From IMG/VR virus record IMGVR_UViG_3300036766_000806, positions 27,048 to 91,047 of that record: DNA of 64,000 nucleotides, one strand, 5' to 3'. Below are positions 18,973-30,402 of this stretch, piece after piece; positions within the stretch are counted from its first letter, which is position 1, and each line of letters starts with the position of its first letter. The notes beneath the pieces are model-generated. The model did not search any database. It was not told where the DNA came from and saw nothing but the letters and a program-made list of their open reading frames with translations. Origin of the DNA: a virus. The position numbers were made by a program, and so were the translations under genes.

Positions 18973-20011
18973 ACCATATTCTACTGTACTTCGAGAAAAA
19001 TGTCAACTACGGACTTGACTTTTTTCAAAAATGGTGTATGATATTCCGCAATGGCAGCAAAATGGCATTTGGCATGTGATGAATGCGGCAAAAAGGAGTC
19101 CTTTAATGACGCCAAGGACATTATCTTTGCCAAATGGAAGATCATTGCCTGGAAAGTTCCATCGGGGGAGCCAAAAGTGCTCTGTCCTGATTGTGAATAT
19201 GGCAAACCGAAGAATAAAAAGAAAAAATAAGCTATGAAAACACTTAAACTAATCTATGAATTTTTGTTTGATAGATGGGAACAAACGATTTGTGAAAGGG
19301 GGACAGAAAAAACAGGAGCGTATCGGGGCGGAATGTGGATGGCAAAGATCAAAACTCAAACATATTTAGATAAACTATTTAACCGATATGGTGAAGAAGG
19401 ATTGCAGAAATACGGAGAATAAGTATATGAAAAATAAATGGATTACAACACAACCCGTATCTCCTAACGATACAATTTTCGATGATGCTCCTCAACCCAT
19501 CAAATGTCCTGAATGTTATGTTGGGTATTTGGATGTAATACATGATCAGTACGGTTTGCATATGAAATGTCCTCATTGCAAATGGGATTCTGCTAGTTTA
19601 TACAAAACCAGAAACAGATACGGAAATAAATGAATACTTTAGCTGAAAGTCAAATATCTCTTGTCGCAAGGTTGAGTAGAATATCAAATCTCAGTAACCT
19701 TCTAATGTTTATTGTGCCATCACCCACGGATGTTTCACAAACACGGGATATAAAAGATTATGTGAATCATTCAAGTCGGGAATAATTAAATATCTATTTG
19801 TGTCAAACTCTGTCGACTGTACCGACAGTAAAGTTTGGGATTATTTGGAGTTTCTTCCTAATCCTTTTGATGACGCCACGGGTACTAGCGGACTTAGAGC
19901 ACATACAGAATGGAATTTTAAGAACAAAGTAACTTACGTTGATGTTTCTCCAGTATTTGCCCAAGCAATCAAATCCATTCACATGGACGAAAGTATTAGC
20001 TCGCTATTTGT

Positions 20012-20338
20012 ATGAATAAAAAACTAATTCTCCTGTACTTAGTCAAGGCAGTTTGTAGAATAAATCGCTGGATAGATGAAACATGCGGTGCTCCCTTGAT
20101 GGTACTTGGTATGTGCGCTCTGCCCGCTCTTCTCGCAGAGGGAATATTGGCTCTGGAGAATGTTGACAATGGAAACGGAGTCACTCTTTTCAGATTTATA
20201 TGGATATGGATCTGGTTAACTATCCGATTAGGATTGTTATTCAACTTTATGTTCTATCTCGGATGGGAAATTAAAAACGGATTTGAAAAAGCAAGTAGAT
20301 GGGCAGGAAAATATGAAGATAAAAATAGAAACGAATGA
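20012..20338 (+). CDS. membrane protein
   Basis: Two hydrophobic segments. Confidence 0.6.
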   Translation: MNKKLILLYLVKAVCRINRWIDETCGAPLMVLGMCALPALLAEGILALENVDNGNGVTLFRFIWIWIWLTIRLGLLFNFMFYLGWEIKNGFEKASRWAGKYEDKNRNE

Positions 20339-20565
20339 ATTTCCGGCAAGCCAAAAAGATTCTCGACAATGATAAAGAACTCAATCTTGAATTATTAGCA
20401 CAAGCTCACATCGAGGAACAAAAAAGAGCAAATAAGCGTCGAAAAGGAACTCCTGGGGGAATGCAACGTTCTTTCGATGCTTGGATAAAACTAAAAGCTC
20501 GAGAAAAAGCCGAAGAAATTTGGCGGCAAAGGATTGCAAAGGCATGGAAGAGGGTTAAGAAATGA
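20335..20565 (+). CDS. basic hypothetical protein
   Basis: ATGA overlaps at both ends. Confidence 0.65.
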   Translation: MNFRQAKKILDNDKELNLELLAQAHIEEQKRANKRRKGTPGGMQRSFDAWIKLKAREKAEEIWRQRIAKAWKRVKK

Positions 20566-22121
20566 TGGATCTAAAAAACACTTTATTACAAGGCGGCGGG
20601 ATTGCCGCCTTGGTTGCTATTATAGTCGGCGCTTGGGGGTATATCAGATCCATATGGAAATACATTGTAAATATTTTCATAGGAGAATCAATATTGAAAG
20701 ATGATGCTGCAAACGCAACGGTTGCATTTTCATTTAATAAAGCAATTAGATCTCCATTGGGAATGCGAGTATTTGGTGGGTATGAAAGTTATGTGCATCC
20801 TAAAAGATGGTCTGAATCTATCGTGTATGAAGGAATAACCTCTGATCCTATTCTTGTCAAATACAATAAACGATATGCATTAGTATCCCTAGCTGGTGGG
20901 GGAGAAAAAAGTTCCTCGTCGAATATTGGCGAGTACAATGACAACATGGCAAATGTGGTAAAAGTACGTTATTTACGATGGTTCTTTGATATTGAAAAGT
21001 TTATTATTGAAGCTGTAGATTTCTATAACTCGGAAAAACGACAACGAAATGGAGACAATAATAAAAAGAACAAGCACACTCGCTTCAAGATGGTCCGCTA
21101 TTCAGGTCGTGGATATTCCCTTCGTGAAGATGGTAAACCACCCGAACCTACTGCGGGGAACTCACCAGCCACATCAAAAGGTGGTAATAGAATAGAAAAT
21201 TTGATTATGACAGGTGTGTTTCGTTTGTTAAGATGGAACCGAGAAGATTTACAAATGAAACCCGAAGATGGTCAGTCACCTTTTACTGGTTATCCTTTTC
21301 CTGACGAAGTAGGAGAAGCAATCAAAGAGTTAAACTGCTGGTTGAATAATGAGAAGTGGTTTAGATCAAAATCTATCCCGTGGCGCAGAGGATGGTTGCT
21401 TTATGGTCCTCCAGGCACGGGAAAAAGTACGTTAGTGAGAGCATTAGCAATGTATTTCGATTTGCCCGTGTTTATTTTTGACCTTTCTTCTATGACTAAC
21501 GATCAATTTGTAAAGTATTGGGAAGAAATGCTATCAAATACCCCATGCATTGCTCTTATTGAAGATATAGACTCTGTATTTCATGGACGCAAATATGTTG
21601 GTAGCGAAATGCAAGGTATTCCTCACATTACCTACGATTGTATATTGAACTGCATAAGTGGTGTTAAACAAGCCGGTGGCGTATTTATGATAGTCACCAC
21701 CAACTTTGTTGATAAAATGGATACAGCCCTCGGCGTGCTTGATAAAGATGGAAAAAGTTCTCGTCCTGGGAGAATAGATAAAGCAATTCATCTTGGCAAT
21801 ATGGCAGAACCACAACGAAAAGTGCTTGCCAAACATATTCTTTCTGATTACCCCGAGTTAGTTGAAGAAACTGTTAAATTAGGTGATGGCGAAACGGCGG
21901 CTCAATTTCAAAGTCGGTGTGCTCAAATTGCTCTTTCTAGATTCTGGACTGATAGCAAATTTTTGGATAAAAAACCTATCGAAGTGGTACATTTCGAGAA
22001 TAAAGAAGAAGAGGAGGAAGAAGGATATGTAACCATTCCTCCTCCTCCTAATAATCCCTCCGCTGAATTTTATGTTGGTGATGACTATCATGTAGTTCGT
22101 CCCGCTAAAAGAGTCTCTTGA
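20562..22121 (+). CDS. BCS1-like membrane-anchored AAA+ ATPase
   Basis: N-terminal TM; IPWRRGWLLYGPPGTGKS, IEDID, TTN, RPGRID. Confidence 0.9.
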   Translation: MMDLKNTLLQGGGIAALVAIIVGAWGYIRSIWKYIVNIFIGESILKDDAANATVAFSFNKAIRSPLGMRVFGGYESYVHPKRWSESIVYEGITSDPILVKYNKRYALVSLAGGGEKSSSSNIGEYNDNMANVVKVRYLRWFFDIEKFIIEAVDFYNSEKRQRNGDNNKKNKHTRFKMVRYSGRGYSLREDGKPPEPTAGNSPATSKGGNRIENLIMTGVFRLLRWNREDLQMKPEDGQSPFTGYPFPDEVGEAIKELNCWLNNEKWFRSKSIPWRRGWLLYGPPGTGKSTLVRALAMYFDLPVFIFDLSSMTNDQFVKYWEEMLSNTPCIALIEDIDSVFHGRKYVGSEMQGIPHITYDCILNCISGVKQAGGVFMIVTTNFVDKMDTALGVLDKDGKSSRPGRIDKAIHLGNMAEPQRKVLAKHILSDYPELVEETVKLGDGETAAQFQSRCAQIALSRFWTDSKFLDKKPIEVVHFENKEEEEEEGYVTIPPPPNNPSAEFYVGDDYHVVRPAKRVS

Positions 22122-22161
22122 CAAACTCCAAAATTAGTGTATAGTGTATGGCATATGAAGA

Positions 22162-22611
22162 ATGCCGCATATTTTTGCCATGATGACTCGTTCTCAAGGT
22201 AGAAACCTTAAGTTTTGGACTAACCAGAAAGTTGCCGTAGAAAATCCTCCCGTGACTTCGGCGGCGGCTCTCGTCCTATTGATAAAGAAATATCTTCCTC
22301 TTGACAAATCCATTTACACCGATTCACGAATGTCTCGTTTGCGGAATAGTTGGTTAAAAAAACAAATGAAAACGCCCGATGAAGAAGGCGGACTTACGTG
22401 TGCTATTTGTAAGAGAAAGGGATTAAAGCCTCATTCATCCAATAAAAAGAAACTGGCGACTTTGGATCATATTGTAAATATTCTGGATGGGGGATCATGG
22501 AATGACCCGAGCAATTTTCAAGTAGCCTGTGTTCAATGCAATACGTGGAAAAATGTAGAAAAGCAACGCCGTAAAAAATTGGCCTTGACTTTTTATAAAA
22601 GTGGTGTATAA
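22162..22611 (+). CDS. HNH endonuclease
   Basis: CAIC...ATLDHIV...GG...NFQVACVQCN. Confidence 0.8.
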   Translation: MPHIFAMMTRSQGRNLKFWTNQKVAVENPPVTSAAALVLLIKKYLPLDKSIYTDSRMSRLRNSWLKKQMKTPDEEGGLTCAICKRKGLKPHSSNKKKLATLDHIVNILDGGSWNDPSNFQVACVQCNTWKNVEKQRRKKLALTFYKSGV

Positions 22612-22623
22612 TGGTTAAAGAGC

Positions 22624-22896
22624 ATGAGCAGTCGGAAAAAATATGACGTAGAGCGTGCTGAATTGGATGTAAAACATGCCGAATCCAGAATGAGAGAAGC
22701 TCAATCTAATCTCGAAGAAGGATATAAAAAAGGACAAGCTCAAATAAAAGAAGCGCAGGCAGATGCAGAACGTGACTATAAGCGATTAAAAGAAGAACTA
22801 GAATGAGCGAAAATTGATTTCGAAAAAGAAAAATCAAATCTCAACTTTTGCAAGGAAGCTTTAGAAAGAGGGTTTGATGACGATTCTGAATCTTAA
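22624..22896 (+). pseudogene. coiled-coil protein interrupted by in-frame TGA
   Basis: KEELE-TGA(22804-06)-AKIDFEKEKSNLNFCKEALERGFDDDSES-TAA; helical pattern continues across the stop. Confidence 0.6.
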
Positions 22897-23088
22897 TAAA
22901 TGTAAATAGAAACATATGAAAAGTAAAACTCTTTTTTGGCTCGCCATGCTCGCAGCAGCAGTGTGTATGGTTGCATGTATTGGCAATATACTCGAACACA
23001 AATACTTTATGGCAATAGTAATGGCTGCCTGCATTGGTATCAATTGTTACATCGCTAAAATTAGCTTAAAATGAAAGGATAAAACTAT

Positions 23089-23178
23089 ATGGGCGCATGG
23101 GGTACAACTGAATTCGAAAACGACACTGCATTAGATTGGGTGGGACAAGGGCAATCTCAATACTCCTTTAGTCTGTAA
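23089..23178 (+). pseudogene. DUF4259-like N-terminal fragment
   Basis: MGAWGTTEFENDTALDW, then unrelated sequence and stop; AAGGA upstream. Confidence 0.65.
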
Positions 23179-23196
23179 ATACTGTCTAAGCATATT

Positions 23197-25007
23197 GTGA
23201 TGAACATAGAAGTATTGAGTACCTCCGAAGGTGAGGTTTACGCTTCGGTAGGAGATCTGTTGCTTCTGCTAAAAGATGCCAAAGAACATCCTGAAAAATA
23301 TAATGAAGAAATGGTGACACGATTGGCAGAAGAAATCTTGGGAAAAAGAGAAGTAAAACCAGCAATAGAGAAACCTTTTTGATACTAATTGAGAAAGTCC
23401 TTGACTTTTTACAATTAGTAAGGTAGATTGTGGACACATATGAAAGATCAATCGCCAGAACCAGTCGAGTTGTTGGGAGCAAAATGGATTACGGACTACC
23501 CCGGCACTCCTGCGGGGCGCATTGTACGAGGAATGCTTGTATGTACTAATTGTCATCAATCTATATATCCCGGTGGCGGAAGCGATAGCGTATCAAGCGA
23601 TTGTGCGCTGGCAGTTTATGGAACAAATAATCCGAGGAAGCCGACGAATTTTGTCTGCCCTCAATGTCGAGGCTTATTGAAATAATATGAGAATCCCAAA
23701 AAGAATAAAAGCCATTGAACTCAAACCTGGAGATATTCTCCGGTTAAATAAAAGACCAGAATACGGAGTTTATATTGCCAAAGTTGTTTACTCTCCAAAA
23801 GGGAAAGTATTGGCTTATTCCCGTTGTGGCAATAATCCTGTTACTGGTGAGGGACTTTTGGCTAATCAATGGGTTACAATTCTTGTGGATGATGGAAACC
23901 GAAAAAAGAGTATGATGTAGAAACTCTTACTAATTTCTTCTGGGAAATCGCCACGCTTGCTAGTAATTACAATGCAATTACTTCAAATGATTTTGAAAAA
24001 GCATTAAGGAAAGTTGATCCCGAGTGGTGGAGAGGTAATCCCGAAAATAATATGGAGTGTGGTTATGCGGGTATATGTTCTGATACTAATGGGAACCCCG
24101 CCGATTCCTCGCCCGATCCCAACTAAATAATGACAATTGAAATATGAAAGAGAAAATCATAATTCATGGAGCCAATTTCAAAGCTTCTGTGATGGTAGAT
24201 CCTTCTATTTGTCAGAATATTTACATGGAAGCCGCCACTCGGGTAATGGAAAATACATTTGGTCACGGACCTGATTCGGAACTATCAGATGAATTCAATA
24301 TTGAAATGGAAGATGATGATTTGCCATCTTTAGGGCCTATTATGTGTTGCCATAAAGAAGGAATTAGTATGGATGATGAAAATAATGCGTATTGGGTATT
24401 TACCGAAAGAGTTGCGGAAAATGCTGGACTTCCAGAAATAGTAAAAATGTGCATAAACGCTCGTGAAAAAATGACAAATGAAAACTGATTATAAACATAC
24501 ATTTCATTGTAATTGTGGAAAATCTATCACAGTAGAGCTTTCTTCGAATAATTCATACAATGTAGGAGAAGCCGTTGATAAAACTGGATGGACTTACGGA
24601 AGCTGTGAATATACTCAAAGAGCCGTTTGGTTATGTCCTGAATGTGCTGAGAAAGCGAAAAAATTAGCAAAAGAATTGTATGACTTAACTGGAACTCCAT
24701 ATTATTATGTGCGTTCTCTTTTGGAAAAAGAACTTGTAGACAAATGGTCTGATGAACATAAATGATAGTTATTTATATGACAATTGTAGAAACACTTCGC
24801 AAACTGAAAGGAATAGATCCATCTCGAACCTATGGCGTTTCAATTAGACAATGGTGGCCTTACTATCAATCAGATCTCTCAGCAGAGGAGGCAGATATAT
24901 ATGTAAATCCTCCAAGCGACCATTATACTGCTCCTACGCTTGAAGAAGCTTTTATTAAAGCGTCTATTGCAATTCTAAATGCGAAACCGCAAGTCCACGG
25001 TCATTAA
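23197..25007 (+). other. run of small hypothetical genes (23197-23382, 23439-23685, 23687-23920, 24144-24488, 24478-24765, ~24777-25007)
   Basis: Collinear, abutting + strand ORFs. Confidence 0.55.
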
Positions 25008-25021
25008 GTGAAAGAACAGAT

Positions 25022-25420
25022 ATGAAAAAATATTTCGGTCTGACAATATGGCTGATTGTTGGTTCGGTTATTTCCCATTCATTCTTTCGCCATTATGGGG
25101 TGTCCGCTTCTATAGTGCAAGGATCATCAATGGAACCAACTTATCACAATAACCAAAAGGTGTTTGTGAATGCTTGGACTCTTCTCTGGCGTAATCCTTA
25201 TAAGGGCGAAGTAATTCTTGTTCGGGACTCACAAGATGGTAAAATTGATATGAAGAGGATTGCCGCTGTACCAGGTGATTTGGTAAATAAATCCGGAATA
25301 AACTCATACAAATTGAGAAAAGATGAATACTTTGTCTTGGGTGACAATTCAAAAAACAGTTATGACAGCCGTTATTACGGGCCAGTTACACGCAATCAAA
25401 TCCTTGCTGTTGTAGAATAG
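25022..25420 (+). CDS. signal peptidase I (S26)
   Basis: GSSMEPT, MKRI, FVLGDNSKNSYDSRYYG. Confidence 0.9.
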   Translation: MKKYFGLTIWLIVGSVISHSFFRHYGVSASIVQGSSMEPTYHNNQKVFVNAWTLLWRNPYKGEVILVRDSQDGKIDMKRIAAVPGDLVNKSGINSYKLRKDEYFVLGDNSKNSYDSRYYGPVTRNQILAVVE

Positions 25421-25423
25421 TTT

Positions 25424-26581
25424 ATGCACGTAGATATCTCAAAAATAGATACGACTCAATTCATGATTCATGAGCATATCGTGAATGGAGAAATCCTATA
25501 CCTTGTTCAGCCTCAGTTTATAGGAGTAAAATGGACTCAAGCCAACAAAATATTCAGGTCAAGTGTGTGGAATAATGATGGAGAACTTGTTTCTGGTGCA
25601 TTTCCAAAATTCATGAATTGGGGAGAGAATCCCGAACATTTTCCTGTCCCCACTTCTCTCAAAGATGCCGTCATCACCGAGAAAATTGATGGCTCTCTTC
25701 TCATTGTATCAAAATATAAAGGCCAAATCATTCTTCGTACTCGTGGTACTTCGGATGCTCGAAAACTTGAGAAAAACGGGTATGAATTGGAAATCTTTGA
25801 ACAAACCATATTGCCAGTGGTTGAATCAATGATGTTTTGTGAAGTAGCTGGATTAGACACTTGGAGATTTTCAGTTCTTTTTGAATGGGTTTCTCCAAAG
25901 CAAAGAATAATTCTTAATTATGGTGATCAACCCGAATGGTATCTTGTTGGAATTGTAGATCATAATGACTATTCTATATTTTCTCAAGAAATGTTGAATG
26001 GTTATGCCTTGCAGCATAATTTTAGGCGTCCTCCTGTTTATACTTTTCCCACCATTGAGGATTTAATGTCAAATGTGGAAGCATGGAAAGGCAAAGAAGG
26101 AGTTGTTATTTATTCCAATCAAGGACAATCTTTACATAAAGTCAAAGGATTTTGGTATCTTGCTCTGCATCGTATGAAAGAAGCTCTTTCATCAATAGAT
26201 AAAGTTATTGATGTATGGTATGAGCAAGGTGAACCATCATATACTAATTTTGAGGCTTATATTACCGGACAATTTGATTACGAATTATGGACTCAAATTC
26301 GTCCGGAAGCCAGCAGAATATGTGATGCCGCTAAAGATGTTCAACAAATAATTGCTGGTATGCAAAAGTTTGTTGATGAAACTCTAAAACCTTTACCAAC
26401 TCGCAAGGCACAGGCAGAAAAAGTATTATCTAGTTACGGAAAAACGAACAGAAGTCAATTTGTATTCAAACTGCTTGACCGGAAGCCTCTTGGGGACGAA
26501 GATAGGAAGAAACTTTTGTATCAATGCCTCAAAAAACAGTCAGTTAAATTCTTACAGAAGTGTGGTAGAGTTGTCGTATGA
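25424..26581 (+). CDS. T4 Rnl1-like RNA ligase
   Basis: FPKFMNWGE, EKIDGSL, TRG, FEWVSP...I, EGVV, KVK..WY...H. Confidence 0.88.
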   Translation: MHVDISKIDTTQFMIHEHIVNGEILYLVQPQFIGVKWTQANKIFRSSVWNNDGELVSGAFPKFMNWGENPEHFPVPTSLKDAVITEKIDGSLLIVSKYKGQIILRTRGTSDARKLEKNGYELEIFEQTILPVVESMMFCEVAGLDTWRFSVLFEWVSPKQRIILNYGDQPEWYLVGIVDHNDYSIFSQEMLNGYALQHNFRRPPVYTFPTIEDLMSNVEAWKGKEGVVIYSNQGQSLHKVKGFWYLALHRMKEALSSIDKVIDVWYEQGEPSYTNFEAYITGQFDYELWTQIRPEASRICDAAKDVQQIIAGMQKFVDETLKPLPTRKAQAEKVLSSYGKTNRSQFVFKLLDRKPLGDEDRKKLLYQCLKKQSVKFLQKCGRVVV

Positions 26582-29500
26582 ATAAAAACGCTACATCATC
26601 GAATGTATCCTATATCATTGTGTATGGGTGTCCTGAAAATCCTCCTGTAGGTGAGACATCTGCTTTCCTAAAAGTTGGAGTCACGACTGATCACGGAATG
26701 AACAAAAGGTTCGATGACTATCTTGGACACTATCCGGACAAAAAAATGTCTGATATTCATACACGACAAATCAAGTACGATCTCTCCCTATTCAGGCTAA
26801 CAAAAACCAACACTTTCCTGATAGAAAAAGTGGATGGAAAAAATGTCGAGCCAGATGAATTCATTCACAAAATGCTCCGTCTCAAGGGTTACAAAAATCC
26901 AGATAAAGGTGATGCCAAAGGCAAGCACAGGACCAGTGAGGTTTTTATTGATCTTCCGTGGAATGTGGTAGATGATTGTATTACAATCGCTATTAATAAC
27001 TTTTGGAACTGGAAATCTTGTAAAAAGGTTCTTTCTGCAAACAAACCTTCTCTCCATCTTTATCTCTGGCAAGCATGGAATATTGCAAAACGAGCAGATG
27101 TCAGAAGAGCACTCCCGAATGAAGATGTAATCGCAGAGTTTTCATGTCCTCGGTTCGGCAAGACTATCCGAGAGTTGTACGAGTTTTACAAGAGCGATAG
27201 AAACTTGCTTGTCCTTGTTCAATATAACCTCAGTCCTGTGACATCCTTCTTCACTGAGATTGAGTCTTGGGCAGAATTTGCTGAAATAGAGACTTATGAT
27301 GCCACCGATTCGTTGGTGGAGATAAGTAGCCTTCCTCCTGATCTTACGAATGGGAAGAAAGTTATTGCTATATCCTTGTGTGGAGAGAAAGACAGGGATA
27401 AGAATGAAGAATTCTGTAAGTACCTAAAACTTCACGCCGAAGCATCTAAAACTATCATCAAAATGGATGAGGTAGATTTTGGTGCCGCTACAGAGAAGAG
27501 CAAATACAAGCTAGAAAAGATCAAGAATTCACTCAAAGGAGTGAAAGTTGATATTTTCTCTGGAACCGGCGAGGATAAAGTCAATTTTAAGATGGAGTTA
27601 GATGACAGGGTAAAAGCATCTGCTATCAGAACTGGCTATATCGAGTTGCTCCTTATCAAACGGGGCACTCATTATCTGTTTACTCCGGAATACCGACTTT
27701 CTCTCGATCCTTCGAGGAATAAGTTCGAAATTGAATTCCTTGACAAAATTGGTGCCACTAATTATCGCAGTCCCGAGGGGTTGATTAAACCAGTTTTTTT
27801 CGGACTCAGCGTGGGCGATGATATCTGGAGAAATATTGACAAAGTTCATAATGAAAAAGGAGATTATGATCCTCGTCTTGGATTTGCTTATGGCAAGATC
27901 AACAAAATGCCATTCAAATATGTTACTGTCCATCAGAACATATGGAGACAATTTCTTGGTGTTGATAAGTTAGCCGGCGGGCGACTTGACTACAAGCAAT
28001 TTACTGCCGGCAAACCATTGCGAGTTATTCTAACATGGGTAAGTGCTGGTGGTGGGATGACTAAGGAAAAACTACACGATCTTACCGATGTCGTAGGCAA
28101 TGATCCGGATATAGCTAAAGAATGGTTGGTCGTTCCCGTTTGTGGAAAGAAAAAGTGGGGAGCGTTTAGCAAAGGTGGAAAAACTGCCACAAATAATCGC
28201 AATGCAGAGCGATTTGCTAATACCTGGATTGACCGTGCTAAAAAAGAAGGAAAAGGTGTCATTTTCTTTGCTATGATATTGGCTCAACGAAGTTTCAGCG
28301 TATCTCGTATTGATGCCATAATGTTCTATCGTGATGACCTTCCTGCGGACTCTGCCGAACAGAAATTATCACGGGTTCTCACACCTGGTAAAGATTTCTA
28401 TGGAGCAGACAAAAAGTGTGGATATATCTTTGATCTTTCTTTGACACCAAACTCATCTGTCATCGAAAACTATATCTTTAGCGAAATCAATGAGCAGGCA
28501 AGAAATGGCATTTCTGCCAAGGTAGCTGCTACCAAGTTCTTTGAGGTTATTGATGTGTTCCGAATGAACCAGCTTGGCCTTGTTGAGAAACAGGTAACGT
28601 TTTCGGATGCCGACTTTACTTCCTATGCCAAAGCATGTCGTACAATGTATGCTCGGACAGAAATCCGTGATATGGTTCTAGCTATGGGAGATATGGGTGC
28701 TTTCATGGACTTTGTTCGATGGGCGTCTACCAGGAAATCTCTCACCAATCAGCAACGGGATGTGCTCAAAGGGTTTGTTAAAGGTGCCAAGCTTAATGAT
28801 GGAAAGATAACTAAGCATCACCACCCTTCGGATGAAGATGATAATGCAAAGCGTCCTATAGATGGATTTACTCAGGCAATGGTACTTGCCCGTCGCTTGC
28901 TCTATGAGAGCGTTCTTAACATGGCAGCGATTCACTGTTCGGTGAAGAATATCAAGCTGTCAGACATCGAAAAAAATCAGATAAAGTACAGTGACATTCT
29001 TGCTACTATCGAAAGTAATCCGACCGCTTTTGATCTTTTTAAGGATCATTTTAAGTTCGACTCGGACGAACAAGCTACAAAGATATTGGGATACATTCAG
29101 AGGATGCCGCTGGATGATAAGCTTACTGCTAACCTTCATAGTGTCATTCTCGAAACTGCCTTCGGAAAGGATTGGAAAAATGATGATCTGAATGACTATC
29201 TTTACACGGATACTGACGATGGAAAAATCCACACACCAATGAGTCTGGTTGGTGAAATGATGAATAAGTGGATTGCCGTTGCCAGGGGACATAATGACGA
29301 TCCTCGTACAATGAAGTTTCTTGACCCTCACTGTAAGACGGGTTCATTCTTGCGATGGATACACCAGACACTAAAAGACGATGGAGTATCTGAGGAAAAT
29401 ATTCAGAAGCAGGTAATGGGAATTGAGAATGACCCGGTGTATCTGGTGCTTGCTCGGCATATATCGGGGATTGATAATATCCAGTATAAAAACTTGATTG

Positions 29501-30402
29501 ATGACGAGGAACTTGCTATATTTACTAGCGAGAACATGAAGAAGTTTGATGTCATCGTTGGAAATGCCCCCTACCAAGCACCCGCCAATAAGGAACGTAA
29601 AGGCGGTTCTCCCAAGAGCATTTGGGAGAAGTTTGTCCATCTATCTTTATCCTGTTTGAAGGATGGTGGATACCTATGCTATATTCATCCTTCTCGATGG
29701 CGTAAGCCCGAAGACGAGTTGTGGAATGTGCTTGGAAGTAAACAGATAATATGGCTTAAAATCTATGATAACGCCGCCGCCACTGACCTGTTCGGAGTAG
29801 GCACTACGGCTGATTGCTACGTGCTAAAGAATACCCCCTATATCTCTCCCACCACGGTTATTGACTGTGACGGGAAAGAACATACAATTGACTTCCGAGA
29901 GTGGGAGTGGCCTCCCAGTGCTGAGTATGAACTAATCAAATCCATTATTGCCCACGGCGACGATGAAAAATGTGAAGTGCTCTACGATTGCGTTTATCAC
30001 AACCAGCGAAAAGATGTAGTTAATGGAGAAGAACCGAATGGGGCGTTCGTCAACCCATGTGTCAATCACACCAAAAAGAATGGAATAATTGAATATCTCT
30101 ATTCCAACACCAAGGAGCGTGGGCATTTCGGTATTACAAAGGTCATTGTTGCAGATAATGGGCATGTGAGACCGATAAACGACAGTGAAGGAAAATTAGG
30201 AATGACCGAATGTTGCTTCGCTATAACCTCGGTTGGAAAATCTGACTGCGAGCAAGTATGTAATGCCCTTTCCTCGGATAAGTTTGCTAAGGTAGTGTGG
30301 GCAACAAAATGGGGGAATTATAGGACAGAATACAGGATGTTCCGCTACTTTCGCAAAGACTTCTGGAAGGATTTCCTCCCCGCCAATGAGTCACACCCGT
30401 AA
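26578..30402 (+). CDS. GIY-YIG(T5orf172)-like nuclease / SF2 helicase / N6-adenine MTase fusion (Type ISP/IIG-like R-M enzyme)
   Basis: YIIVY...LKVGVT...R; PRFGKT, MDEVD, FSGT, EQKLSRVLTP; HTP, FLDPHCKTGSFL, VIVGNAPYQ. Confidence 0.75.
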   Translation: MNKNATSSNVSYIIVYGCPENPPVGETSAFLKVGVTTDHGMNKRFDDYLGHYPDKKMSDIHTRQIKYDLSLFRLTKTNTFLIEKVDGKNVEPDEFIHKMLRLKGYKNPDKGDAKGKHRTSEVFIDLPWNVVDDCITIAINNFWNWKSCKKVLSANKPSLHLYLWQAWNIAKRADVRRALPNEDVIAEFSCPRFGKTIRELYEFYKSDRNLLVLVQYNLSPVTSFFTEIESWAEFAEIETYDATDSLVEISSLPPDLTNGKKVIAISLCGEKDRDKNEEFCKYLKLHAEASKTIIKMDEVDFGAATEKSKYKLEKIKNSLKGVKVDIFSGTGEDKVNFKMELDDRVKASAIRTGYIELLLIKRGTHYLFTPEYRLSLDPSRNKFEIEFLDKIGATNYRSPEGLIKPVFFGLSVGDDIWRNIDKVHNEKGDYDPRLGFAYGKINKMPFKYVTVHQNIWRQFLGVDKLAGGRLDYKQFTAGKPLRVILTWVSAGGGMTKEKLHDLTDVVGNDPDIAKEWLVVPVCGKKKWGAFSKGGKTATNNRNAERFANTWIDRAKKEGKGVIFFAMILAQRSFSVSRIDAIMFYRDDLPADSAEQKLSRVLTPGKDFYGADKKCGYIFDLSLTPNSSVIENYIFSEINEQARNGISAKVAATKFFEVIDVFRMNQLGLVEKQVTFSDADFTSYAKACRTMYARTEIRDMVLAMGDMGAFMDFVRWASTRKSLTNQQRDVLKGFVKGAKLNDGKITKHHHPSDEDDNAKRPIDGFTQAMVLARRLLYESVLNMAAIHCSVKNIKLSDIEKNQIKYSDILATIESNPTAFDLFKDHFKFDSDEQATKILGYIQRMPLDDKLTANLHSVILETAFGKDWKNDDLNDYLYTDTDDGKIHTPMSLVGEMMNKWIAVARGHNDDPRTMKFLDPHCKTGSFLRWIHQTLKDDGVSEENIQKQVMGIENDPVYLVLARHISGIDNIQYKNLIDDEELAIFTSENMKKFDVIVGNAPYQAPANKERKGGSPKSIWEKFVHLSLSCLKDGGYLCYIHPSRWRKPEDELWNVLGSKQIIWLKIYDNAAATDLFGVGTTADCYVLKNTPYISPTTVIDCDGKEHTIDFREWEWPPSAEYELIKSIIAHGDDEKCEVLYDCVYHNQRKDVVNGEEPNGAFVNPCVNHTKKNGIIEYLYSNTKERGHFGITKVIVADNGHVRPINDSEGKLGMTECCFAITSVGKSDCEQVCNALSSDKFAKVVWATKWGNYRTEYRMFRYFRKDFWKDFLPANESHP

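Noticed and set aside
470-22896. Alternative genetic code (TGA or TAA recoded)
   Set aside because: All three stops terminate many clearly complete genes, long genes have no internal stops, and the interruptions involve two different codons
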